From the IMG/VR virus record IMGVR_UViG_3300045988_132337, positions 1 to 45,095 of that record: a stretch of DNA of 45,095 nucleotides; one strand, 5' to 3'. This DNA is from a virus. Shown here in pieces: positions 9,115 through 16,573 of the stretch. The position numbers were made by a program, and so were the translations under genes. The notes under the pieces are model-generated. The model ran no database searches. It was given only the letters and a program-made list of their open reading frames with translations, and had not been told where the DNA came from. Numbering within the stretch: position 1 is the stretch's first letter; each line of letters starts with the position of its first letter.

Positions 9115-9657
9115 TTAAAATTGAATATCGTCTAATTTCAAATCTGGTGTAGCTGTACTGTTAAAAGGGTTGTTAGTGTTAGTTTCTAATAATTTCTTTT
9201 CCTTAATTTTAAAATCACCTTTTCGGATTTTATCTGCACTTCTTACTTCATCAACAATTAATCTTGTCTTAACCTTTCCAGCATTAGGACCTTGTTGTGG
9301 GATATATTCTTCTTCACGAAGTACAACACCGATGCGCTGCCCCTTTAACTTTTGTTCATTCCAGTCCCATTTAAATGTTGGATTTGATTCTTCAACCGCA
9401 GTAATAAATCCTTTAAAAAATGACTGTGCCTTTTCTTTGTACGATCTATAGAAAGAACCACCCCAGAAATTCATTGTTTTATACAGTTCAAGGTAATAAT
9501 CCTTGAACTCCCCCTCAGCAATATCAAAACTAATTTTTAAACATTCTTTGACCGCATCATCCTCTACATTTTTGATTACAGCTACATATCCATTGGCTGG
9601 CAAACTTTCAAATTCTCCCGCTTCTTTAATTTCATTCCAGTTATTGATTTGTTTCAT
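9115..9657 (-). CDS. DUF669-like protein, putative ssDNA-binding replication accessory protein
   Basis: The N-terminal ...FESLPANGYVAVI... pattern and the position between Gp157-like and helicase genes are as in Sfi21-type replication modules. Confidence 0.55.
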   Translation of the reverse strand: MKQINNWNEIKEAGEFESLPANGYVAVIKNVEDDAVKECLKISFDIAEGEFKDYYLELYKTMNFWGGSFYRSYKEKAQSFFKGFITAVEESNPTFKWDWNEQKLKGQRIGVVLREEEYIPQQGPNAGKVKTRLIVDEVRSADKIRKGDFKIKEKKLLETNTNNPFNSTATPDLKLDDIQF

Positions 9658-9671
9658 ATTTATTTATCTCC

Positions 9672-10157
9672 TTACTTGATTTGTAAATTTTGTTTTTTTT
9701 CAACATGGGCATATAATGTCATATTGTTTTTTAAAAAATTCTTAGTTGCTTTTTTGTCAATTTTAAATTTAATTTCTTCTTTGACTAAATCAGTATCTTT
9801 GTACTTATTGACAAACTCAATTTCATCATCAATGACAACTGATGATGATTTAGTAAACCGCAATACACATTTAGGTGTTTCGATTTTCTTAATACCGTGT
9901 TCAAGCATATATTTTGCTAAGAACGCTTTTGTATTTTCATTTCTATTTTCAATCGCTTTAGCTCTATCCAATAGAACCTTAGCTTCTTCTTTTAATGCAT
10001 TAACATCAACGTCATTGTTTTTTAACACTACCGCAATAGCTTCTAACTTATCATTTTCAGCTAACTGCAACTCTTGAAATCTTGCAATATCGGTAATCTC
10101 GCCAGTTTCTTCGTCTACAAGTGAATTAATCTCTTGATTAATTTCGTATAGTTTCAT
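9672..10157 (-). CDS. Siphovirus Gp157-like protein
   Basis: MKLYEINQEINSLVDEETGEI... is a coiled-coil acidic N-terminus. It occupies the canonical position upstream of the AAA_24/DUF669 genes. Confidence 0.55.
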   Translation of the reverse strand: MKLYEINQEINSLVDEETGEITDIARFQELQLAENDKLEAIAVVLKNNDVDVNALKEEAKVLLDRAKAIENRNENTKAFLAKYMLEHGIKKIETPKCVLRFTKSSSVVIDDEIEFVNKYKDTDLVKEEIKFKIDKKATKNFLKNNMTLYAHVEKKQNLQIK

Positions 10158-10798
10158 TAGCTCATAGCCTCCATTTCATAGTATTCTCTGATTGTTTTAT
10201 CAACAATTTTTAAATCGTTTTCGATCTCGTCGCTGTCAAACATCTCCATTGGTGTCTTGACTGGATTCAAACCATCACTCCGAGTTAAAAATTTATAAAC
10301 CCCATCGTCATTTTTAGCCATTATTACGATAGTGAATAAACCTTCCATTGTTAATTGACTATCAATCATTTTTCCTGATGTCTTAGCTTTTATATGCCCG
10401 TCTTCAGTTCTTTCAGTATGGTGTAATAAATATACAGTCACATCATCATTTAAACCTGATATAAAATCCAAAAGATTTTTAAATTCGACTGCAATATCTG
10501 TAAACTTTCCATAGCCCACTTCTTTAGCCTTATCAAACATTTGAAATGACATCAAATATTGGCTATCATCAATAACAAATGTTTTGCATTGATTTTGAAA
10601 TTTGGACATTACTTGTTTTATTGCATCATACCTTTCACTACCATGATGTTTTCTTAAATCCAAACTGTTCAGTTTCTTTCTAAATGGCAATGCTTTTCCA
10701 GCAACATTCAATACCATTACCTCTGATTTCTCAAAGTTTCTTAGGGAAGTTGATTTTCCACTTCCTGAACTTCCTAACACAAGTACCGCTAATCCCAC
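10157..10798 (-). CDS. AAA_24/Sak4-like P-loop ATPase
   Basis: GTG start behind AAGGAGG. Walker A is VLGSSGSGKST and Walker B-like is TFVIDD. It lies in the replication/recombination module. Confidence 0.75.
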   Translation of the reverse strand: MGLAVLVLGSSGSGKSTSLRNFEKSEVMVLNVAGKALPFRKKLNSLDLRKHHGSERYDAIKQVMSKFQNQCKTFVIDDSQYLMSFQMFDKAKEVGYGKFTDIAVEFKNLLDFISGLNDDVTVYLLHHTERTEDGHIKAKTSGKMIDSQLTMEGLFTIVIMAKNDDGVYKFLTRSDGLNPVKTPMEMFDSDEIENDLKIVDKTIREYYEMEAMS

Positions 10799-10941
10799 TG
10801 TTTCATTTCCTCCTTAACATTTTTTATTTCTTCTCTTAACTCTCTTGATAAATCAAAATCCGCATTGTCCCAATGATCTTTCATTTCTAACTCAAAAAGC
10901 TGACGTTCAAGATTGAACAACTTTTCCTTTGATTCAGTCAT
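10789..10941 (-). CDS. Small acidic coiled-coil protein, 50 aa
   Basis: Manual ORF: MTESKEKLFNLERQLFELEMKDHWDNADFDLSRELREEIKNVKEEMKQWD. It fills the gap and overlaps the ATPase start. It is below the track cut-off. Confidence 0.45.
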   Translation of the reverse strand: MTESKEKLFNLERQLFELEMKDHWDNADFDLSRELREEIKNVKEEMKQWD

Positions 10942-10942
10942 A

Positions 10943-11425
10943 TTAATCCTCCACAAGTTCGATGAACCTACAAGAAGTGGTATTATGAAGATGTTCTAAA
11001 TTTTTAATTCCCATTCTCCATAAATCACCTTCATCATCGTAAATTTTCCCGTTTTTTGACTTATAGATTTTTCCTTTCGTCATATAAACTGATGATGAAC
11101 TTTCTACACAAACAAGTTTCCCATTGTAATATTCAAGACCGCGTTCCCAGTCCCAAACAAAAGGATAAGCAGAACGATTTTTAATCATTCCTAACGCTCT
11201 AAACGCATCGCCTGAATACTCAAAATGTTTAACTTTCATAATATCCCAACTCGAATTATGACCGTGTGTTAAATCATCTCGATAATAGTCAAAATTTAAA
11301 TAGCAACCCGTTTCAGTATTCATAAGTACTGTTTTATTTATATCAAAATCACCTTTAATCAAAATGTATCTACTTCCATCTCCAAGTTCAACCACATCAC
11401 ATAGTTTTAAATCTTCTTTTTTCAT
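10943..11425 (-). CDS. Hypothetical protein, 160 aa
   Basis: Co-oriented ORF. Its RBS GGAGGG lies inside the end of the upstream gene. Confidence 0.6.
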   Translation of the reverse strand: MKKEDLKLCDVVELGDGSRYILIKGDFDINKTVLMNTETGCYLNFDYYRDDLTHGHNSSWDIMKVKHFEYSGDAFRALGMIKNRSAYPFVWDWERGLEYYNGKLVCVESSSSVYMTKGKIYKSKNGKIYDDEGDLWRMGIKNLEHLHNTTSCRFIELVED

Positions 11426-11428
11426 TTT

Positions 11429-11887
11429 TTATCCCTCCAGTATATAAACTTCTTTGTATTTCCTATCAAATTTGCTATGGTCGCTTACATATACATCAAT
11501 TACCTTTCCTCTAAACGAACCGGTATCTTCAGCAGTGTAAATGTGACCGTCAATCATTATCTTTGAACCTAGGGGAATATAATTTGTATCTACCCCTACC
11601 GTTCTACCCTCTACATAATTTGTACCTGAACGGGTTAAATATCCCGTCCACTGTCCGTTACATTCATAACAGCTACAGTAGTTAGTAATTTTGTAAATAC
11701 CTAGTGATCTTCAAGCGGGTATCTCTTGCAATCCATAAGCAGAAGCTTCTTGTACTTCAGTGGGATATACTTCTTTGAATTCAGCATCTACTCGTGTACA
11801 TACATTTCCAATAACGCTAACTACTAGACTTGCTATAATAAGAACCACTGCAAGTACTGTTAATATTCCACGACTTCTAAATCTCAT
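11429..11887 (-). pseudogene. Membrane-anchored 3D-domain (MltA/RlpA-like) cell-wall protein interrupted by an in-frame TGA at 11713..11711
   Basis: ATG 11887 behind GGAG gives MRFRSRGILTVLAVVLIIASLVVSVIG...QEIPA (58 aa, TM anchor), then TGA. The same frame continues as RSLGIYKITNYCSCYECNGQWTGYLTRSGTNYVEGRTVGVDTNYIPLGSKIMIDGHIYTAEDTGSFRGKVIDVYVSDH..., which is a 3D-domain signature. There is no start codon after the TGA. Confidence 0.7.
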
Positions 11888-11917
11888 TGTATTTTCTCCA
11901 TTTTTGCGCTATAATTT

Positions 11918-12130
11918 TTATGTGTGTTGTGTGTCACCGATTGCAGTCGGTGACACTATTTTTATTATCGTATCTATTTCGATATTGAATTCTTTAGATA
12001 CAATGTCAGCTGATATTACGCTCTGAGTATAATTGCAGTTATATTTTTCCTTTAACTTTCTAATAAGTTTGTATATGTAATCCTTAGAACGATTAGGAAA
12101 AAGCATTTTTAATTCGTTATAACCAAGCAT
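11918..12130 (-). CDS. Small putative DNA-binding protein, paralog of 12134..12424
   Basis: MLGYNELKMLFPNRSKDYIYKLIRKLKEKYNCNY... aligns with MLDIEQLKLIFIGRKETYIYTRIREIKHKYNLNY... in the neighbouring gene. Confidence 0.55.
   Translation of the reverse strand: MLGYNELKMLFPNRSKDYIYKLIRKLKEKYNCNYTQSVISADIVSKEFNIEIDTIIKIVSPTAIGDTQHT
11931..11956. other. Perfect 10-bp stem / 6-nt loop hairpin (GTGTCACCGA ttgcag TCGGTGACAC)
   Basis: Read directly from the sequence. It lies inside the 3' end of the 11918..12130 ORF. On the plus strand it is followed by TATTTTTATTAT. Confidence 0.8.
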
Positions 12131-12133
12131 TGC

Positions 12134-12424
12134 CTATTCCTCTTTGGAAATTACAATTTGTTGCCAGCATTCCAAAATCTTTTCTTGATATTTACAAATA
12201 TCTTGCAATAACTCAACTATCGAATTGTTATGATATGTTTTTATTCCTAGTAAATCATAAATAGTTTGACGACTTAATCCCAATTCTTTCATGACTACAT
12301 CAATAGGTAGCTCTGCTCCGTCATAATTCAAGTTATATTTGTGCTTAATTTCTCTTATCCGTGTATAAATGTATGTTTCTTTTCGACCGATAAATATTAA
12401 TTTAAGTTGTTCTATGTCTAACAT
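12134..12424 (-). CDS. Small putative DNA-binding protein (HTH), paralog of 11918..12130
   Basis: The likely start is MLDIEQ at 12424, just after the upstream stop. It contains LGLSRQTIYDLLG, an HTH-like segment. Confidence 0.55.
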   Translation of the reverse strand: MLDIEQLKLIFIGRKETYIYTRIREIKHKYNLNYDGAELPIDVVMKELGLSRQTIYDLLGIKTYHNNSIVELLQDICKYQEKILECWQQIVISKEE

Positions 12425-12428
12425 TTTT

Positions 12429-12632
12429 TTATCCCTTTCTTGCAGTACATTCTTCACAAATGACATTCGTACTAGCAAATCCACCATTATTAATGATGTC
12501 AATTAAGCTTTCTTCGCACAATTGAATTTCTTTACCACATTCAGGACAAATACAATAAAATTCATCGTCATATACTTCAATTTTAATTTCAATATCACTG
12601 TTGATTTTCTTTTTTAAATAAATCATAACCAT
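12429..12632 (-). CDS. Zinc-ribbon protein, 67 aa
   Basis: Cysteine pairs CICPECG ... CEEC. Confidence 0.5.
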   Translation of the reverse strand: MVMIYLKKKINSDIEIKIEVYDDEFYCICPECGKEIQLCEESLIDIINNGGFASTNVICEECTARKG

Positions 12633-12641
12633 TCCTCCATC

Positions 12642-13373
12642 TTAAATATCTAAAGATAACTGATTAATAAATTGAATGTCACTCCAATTTGGCTCCCATT
12701 TTTTTATATAAGCTAATGCTTTATCATAATCTTTTACTTTAATTTGACTTCTATACTGTGATTGAGTAACCATTATTAAATCTCTATCTAATGCTTTAAA
12801 TAAATGTGTGTGCTGTGTGTCGTTCAAATCAACCTTCTTTGCAATTTCAATTTCCCTAATTCTTTCTCCAACTACTCGATTTAAATAATTGTACTGGACT
12901 GATGAAATGCACTGATTGTCTTTGAGTTCTTTGACTTGTTCTTCTAGATCATCAACTCGCTGTGCTGTATTTTCATTTACCTTAATTACAAGTTGTAAGA
13001 TTTCCCTATCACTTGTAGGAATACTAACCTGATTAGTTTTCACTTTAAAATACGTTTCCTCTAATACATCAAACTGTTGCCATGCTTTGTCAGTATCCAA
13101 AATTTTACTGTGGCGGTTTGCTCCACGTTCGGTCCACAGATAAAGTACTGATGCATACTTAATTGAAGGGTCGTGACTATTAGTCACTAGGCTTTTAAAG
13201 CCTTTCAAATCATCACCTTTTAATAAATAGTAATCTCTTCCTTCTACAAACCTCTCTTTGTTTCTTTTAAAATTTTGATTAATGTTATTAGCATCTGTTT
13301 CATAAACTTCTGCCAATTGTTGAGTTGTTAAAACTCTGATTCCTTCATGTTCAATAATTTTTAAACCATTCAT
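12642..13373 (-). CDS. Antirepressor-type protein (ORF6N N-terminal domain, ORF6C C-terminal domain)
   Basis: IRVLTTQQLAEVYETDANNINQNFKRNKERFVEGRDYYLL is ORF6N-like. The C-terminal ...VTQSQYRSQIKVKDYDKALAYIKKWEP resembles the C-terminus of 37905..38657. The start is ATG 13373 behind AAGGGGTG. Confidence 0.7.
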   Translation of the reverse strand: MNGLKIIEHEGIRVLTTQQLAEVYETDANNINQNFKRNKERFVEGRDYYLLKGDDLKGFKSLVTNSHDPSIKYASVLYLWTERGANRHSKILDTDKAWQQFDVLEETYFKVKTNQVSIPTSDREILQLVIKVNENTAQRVDDLEEQVKELKDNQCISSVQYNYLNRVVGERIREIEIAKKVDLNDTQHTHLFKALDRDLIMVTQSQYRSQIKVKDYDKALAYIKKWEPNWSDIQFINQLSLDI

Positions 13374-13396
13374 ATAGTTCACCCCTTTTTTTCACT

Positions 13397-13412
13397 TGTC
13401 GGATATATGACA
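13397..13412. promoter_or_regulatory. Operator-like palindrome TGTC-N8-GACA between cro and the antirepressor gene
   Basis: Sequence tgtcggatatatgaca. The 13-mer TGTCGGATATATG recurs inverted at 13738..13750. Confidence 0.5.
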
Positions 13413-13432
13413 CTCAAATTCCAAAAAAATAT

Positions 13433-13642
13433 TTAAACAATTAATTTTTCTGGTGTAATACCAGTTTTTAGTAACAATCTAGCGTATTCATCAGCATAAA
13501 TTTTTGTCCTACCTTTTAATTTATCGCGACAAGAAGTTTCTGACATACCCCAATAATCAGCAAATTCAACTATTGTCATATCTAACAATTTCCGTAATTC
13601 GTTAATTGTTAGAGGTTCATCAATTGTTATTTTTTCTAACAT
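13433..13642 (-). CDS. Cro-like HTH regulator, 69 aa
   Basis: Divergent from the CI-like gene. The start MLEKI lies behind AAGGGAGG. HTH segment is TIVEFADYWGMSETSCRDKLKG. Confidence 0.6.
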   Translation of the reverse strand: MLEKITIDEPLTINELRKLLDMTIVEFADYWGMSETSCRDKLKGRTKIYADEYARLLLKTGITPEKLIV

Positions 13643-13686
13643 AAAATTCCTCCCTTTCATAATGTTGTTTTTATAGCTTTACTATC

Positions 13687-13704
13687 GTGTCATATTAGCG
13701 ACAC
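13687..13704. promoter_or_regulatory. Operator-like palindrome GTGTC-N8-GACAC overlapping the predicted start site of the early promoter
   Basis: Sequence gtgtcatattagcgacac. It lies immediately downstream of the -10 element at 13709..13714. Confidence 0.5.
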
Positions 13705-13708
13705 TTTA

Positions 13709-13737
13709 ATAATATATTTAAAAAAATATTTTGTCAA
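13709..13737 (-). promoter_or_regulatory. Early (PR-like) promoter: TTGACA-17 nt-TATTAT
   Basis: On the minus strand, TTGACA is at 13737..13732 and TATTAT at 13714..13709, with a 17-nt spacer. It is about 60 nt upstream of cro. Confidence 0.6.
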
Positions 13738-13815
13738 CATATATCCGACACATTTTTTATAAATTTGTTTTAAATGTGTCACTTTTGTGTTAATATATAC
13801 TTAGGAGGTGAGAAT

Positions 13816-14214
13816 ATGGATAATTTTTTCGGTAACGAAAAATTGGATAAGTTACTCAATGTATGCATAGGTAAAACAATTAGAGAAATGCGTACAGATA
13901 GAAACATGTCATTAGAAACATTAGGTAATAAGATTGGAAAATCTAAAAAGACAGTTCAAAGATATGAAACAGCCGAAAGTCGTATTTCAATGGACGTATT
14001 GGATGATATTGCAAAAGCATTAAATGTTATTCCCGATGCATTAATTCTTTGTGCTACTGGAAAGTTTAATGACTACATGGAAAGAAATGTAAAACCAATA
14101 CAAAACACAGCGCAATTTATGAGCCTTATCGATAAATTAGTACTGTTATCGGAATCGGAATTAAAGATAGTTGAAGCAACTGTTGACGGAATAATAAACA
14201 ATAGAAAACAGTAG
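13816..14214 (+). CDS. CI-like XRE-family repressor, 132 aa, with no S24 autocleavage domain
   Basis: The start is ATG 13816 behind AGGAGGTG. HTH segment is MSLETLGNKIGKSKKTVQRYETAESRISMDVLDDIAKAL. The short alpha-helical C-terminus has no Ser/Lys peptidase domain. Confidence 0.75.
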   Translation: MDNFFGNEKLDKLLNVCIGKTIREMRTDRNMSLETLGNKIGKSKKTVQRYETAESRISMDVLDDIAKALNVIPDALILCATGKFNDYMERNVKPIQNTAQFMSLIDKLVLLSESELKIVEATVDGIINNRKQ

Positions 14215-14303
14215 TTATCAAAAAAAATAATATTTAATATTTGATTAGCATTAATTACTTTTATTAAGGTATTCAGTACACGTGAATAGAAGAGGTGATA
14301 AAT

Positions 14304-14768
14304 ATGAATAAACCTAAAATTTCTACAATAGTGAAACTATTTATTTCTTTATTGATTGTATGGAGTGGCTATGATGATGAGATTGGCATTCCAGTTTCTA
14401 TACTTTTATTTATAATTGTTTATTGCGTATTAAGTTTCTTACAATTGATTGGTAATAATACAACTACTACATACGAGGAGAGTAATAATTATAATCACTC
14501 AAGCAGTGAAACTTCACAAACAACATCAAATATTTCTAAAGAAAAACCATTATCAAAAAAGCAACGTATTAAACAAAACAAAAAAAATGCTATTGTTTGT
14601 TGTCCGAAATGTGGAAGTACCTCGATAACAACCACAAATAAGAAATTAAGTGTTAAGCGTGGTCTAGTCGGGTTAGCTATAAATCCGCTCGCTGGAGCTG
14701 TTGGTGCAGTCACAAGTAAAAAAATATACAACGTCTGTATGAATTGCGGACATAGATGGAAACCATAA
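14304..14768 (+). CDS. Membrane protein with a split C-terminal zinc ribbon; lysogeny-module accessory gene
   Basis: ATG 14304 behind GAGGTG. It has two predicted TM segments (IVKLFISLLIVWSG, VSILLFIIVYCVLSFLQLIG), an S/T/N-rich linker, and CCPKCGS...GLVGLAINPLAGAVGAV...CMNCGHRW. Confidence 0.65.
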   Translation: MNKPKISTIVKLFISLLIVWSGYDDEIGIPVSILLFIIVYCVLSFLQLIGNNTTTTYEESNNYNHSSSETSQTTSNISKEKPLSKKQRIKQNKKNAIVCCPKCGSTSITTTNKKLSVKRGLVGLAINPLAGAVGAVTSKKIYNVCMNCGHRWKP

Positions 14769-14828
14769 CCATCATAAAAAAACCACCCCACTGCAATGGG
14801 ATGGTTCACGAGGTACTGCAATACCTCT

Positions 14829-14873
14829 GAGCATAATAAAAGCTATCAACCGAAAGATATTTTTATTATGCTC
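14829..14873. repeat. 13-bp perfect inverted repeat (GAGCATAATAAAA N19 TTTTATTATGCTC) upstream of int
   Basis: Read directly. It ends 30 nt before the int start codon. Confidence 0.8.
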
Positions 14874-14903
14874 CTATTATAACAAATAAAGGAGTAAAAT
14901 GAA

Positions 14904-16091
14904 ATGGTAAGATTAAAACGTAGACCAAATGGCTACGGTACTGTCAAAACCTTATCAGGCAGACGTAGCTGTCCTTATCTTCCTTGTGTGTCTTTTAACG
15001 GTGAGCAAAAACCACTAAATGCTTTTAGTGATCCTGATGATGCTTTTACAGCTCTTGAGATAGCTAAACTCAGGTATGATGATAAACTAAGCGCAAAAGA
15101 AGCAGAAAGACGTTACGGGGATATTTATAAACAGATATCAAATAAATTAGAATTATATATTTTCCAAAGCAATCCCATAAATACTGTCAAACCAAAAACT
15201 ACAATATCTATTTCTAAATCAATTCCAACATTCAAGGAAATCTATGATATTTTAGACGAAGAAGAATTTTCTAAACTGAAATCTAGAGGTCAAAAGCGTA
15301 GCTGGTTTAATAACTTTGATTCTATTCATGAACTACCTATATGTGATATAGAATTTGATGATATGCAATTCGTTCTTGATGAATTAAAAGAACGAGGAAG
15401 AAAAAGCGGTACCTTAGCTCATATGAAAGTAATATGCAAACAGATTTTTGAATATGCAGTAATACGTAAATACGTTAAACCTAATGAAGATTTTTCAAGC
15501 TATCTTAAAATCAAAACAGATAACGAAACGGATAGTAAACACCATCCATTTACTATTGAAGAAATAAGAAAACTATTCAAACACAATACTAGAGAATCTA
15601 AAATTGTATTAATCTACATTTTCACCGGAACACGTCCTATCGAATTATTTAAATTAACAAGGGAAAATATTTATATAGATGTAAAATGTAATGATGACGG
15701 AAATGAAAAGATAATTTCATACATAAATACTGGTAGTAAAACTGAAGCTGGAAGAAATAGGAACATTCCTATTCATGATTTGATAAAACCCTTCATATTG
15801 GAATTAATTAATGAAAACAATATGTATCTGTTTATGAATGACAGTAACAATCAGTATATTGAATTCAGAAAAAATATTTTTAATAACTTAATGGAACAAT
15901 TAAACTTCACACATACTCCATACGATACTCGTCATACATTTAATACTCTTGCTAAATTATATAATATGGATGATTTTTCTCGAAAAAGAATCGTAGGTCA
16001 TAAATCCAAAGATATTACTGATGATGTATATACCCACACAATTTTAAATAAATTATTTGACGAAATGAAAAAAATTAACATTGAAAAATAA
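14904..16091 (+). CDS. int: Tyrosine integrase
   Basis: The C-terminal catalytic region contains TGTRPIELFKL (Arg), PYDTRHTFNT (His-x-x-Arg), VGHKS and DDVYTHT (Tyr). It is adjacent to the attP-like repeats. Confidence 0.9.
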   Translation: MVRLKRRPNGYGTVKTLSGRRSCPYLPCVSFNGEQKPLNAFSDPDDAFTALEIAKLRYDDKLSAKEAERRYGDIYKQISNKLELYIFQSNPINTVKPKTTISISKSIPTFKEIYDILDEEEFSKLKSRGQKRSWFNNFDSIHELPICDIEFDDMQFVLDELKERGRKSGTLAHMKVICKQIFEYAVIRKYVKPNEDFSSYLKIKTDNETDSKHHPFTIEEIRKLFKHNTRESKIVLIYIFTGTRPIELFKLTRENIYIDVKCNDDGNEKIISYINTGSKTEAGRNRNIPIHDLIKPFILELINENNMYLFMNDSNNQYIEFRKNIFNNLMEQLNFTHTPYDTRHTFNTLAKLYNMDDFSRKRIVGHKSKDITDDVYTHTILNKLFDEMKKINIEK

Positions 16092-16382
16092 TTAGTAACA
16101 AATATGAAAAAATCATTTTTTTTACTGTTACTAGTTTGTTACTAATATATATTATTTATAGTATAAATACGTACGAAATTTGGTGTTTTTCGTACGTATT
16201 TTATATTTTTTCTTTCAACTCTTGAAAAAAATATCACGCTATAATAAGGGTTTCAAGCTGTTTGTTACTAATTTGTTACTAATTTAGTATATTTTATATT
16301 GTTTCTTAAGGCTAAAAATTATCCTCCAAATACCTCTCTATCATATAATAAAAATGTCTGGAGTTTAGAGAGTTCCAGACAT
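16091..16382. other. Putative attP region with arm-type repeats and hairpins
   Basis: TTTGTTACTAAT occurs at 16135..16146, 16261..16272 and 16272..16283. It is inverted at 16091..16102. A degenerate TGTTACTA is at 16126..16133. A 9-bp-arm palindrome ATGTCTGGA-N11-TCCAGACAT is at 16354..16382. Confidence 0.5.
16166..16211 (+). terminator. Intrinsic terminator after int
   Basis: Perfect 13-bp stem AATACGTACGAAA / TTTCGTACGTATT with a 9-nt loop, followed by TTATATTTTTT. Confidence 0.6.
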
Positions 16383-16573
16383 GAGGGAGGATTAAAAAAA
16401 GTTTAGTATTAACGGTTTGTGTTTATGTATATTTTTATAATAAATCCATCCCCTAATATCGATAATAGCACAAAAAAATAAAAATTAAACATTTAATCAA
16501 TAATTAGGTTTTGGATTACATCATAAGTGACTTTAATACACAAAATATTTATAATAAGAATGAGGTGTAATTT

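Noticed and set aside
4166-10077. Other antisense or nested track ORFs (4166..4663, 7037..7231, 7359..7550, 7650..8006, 7915..8199, 7994..8209, 9170..9451, 9649..10077)
   Set aside because: They lie inside or antisense to well-supported genes (MTase, helicase, DUF669-like, Gp157-like). They have no translation signals and a biased composition.
11711-11713. Alternative genetic code (TGA read as Trp or Gly), or selenocysteine, as the explanation for the in-frame TGA
   Set aside because: TGA clearly terminates other genes, for example the ATGA overlap at 7003..7006. Trp is encoded by TGG throughout, and all other large ORFs are intact under code 11. No SECIS-like hairpin follows the TGA.
11760-12026. 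Plus-strand 88-aa ORF
   Set aside because: It is antisense to the start of the 3D-domain gene and to the 11918..12130 ORF. It has no RBS.
16092-16573. tRNA or tmRNA gene in the non-coding region after int, and likewise in 37483..37621 and 41972..42336
   Set aside because: I could not trace a cloverleaf: there is no GTTCGAATC-type T-arm and no acceptor-stem pairing. The regions are AT-rich with simple hairpins only. A tRNAscan run would be the decisive check.
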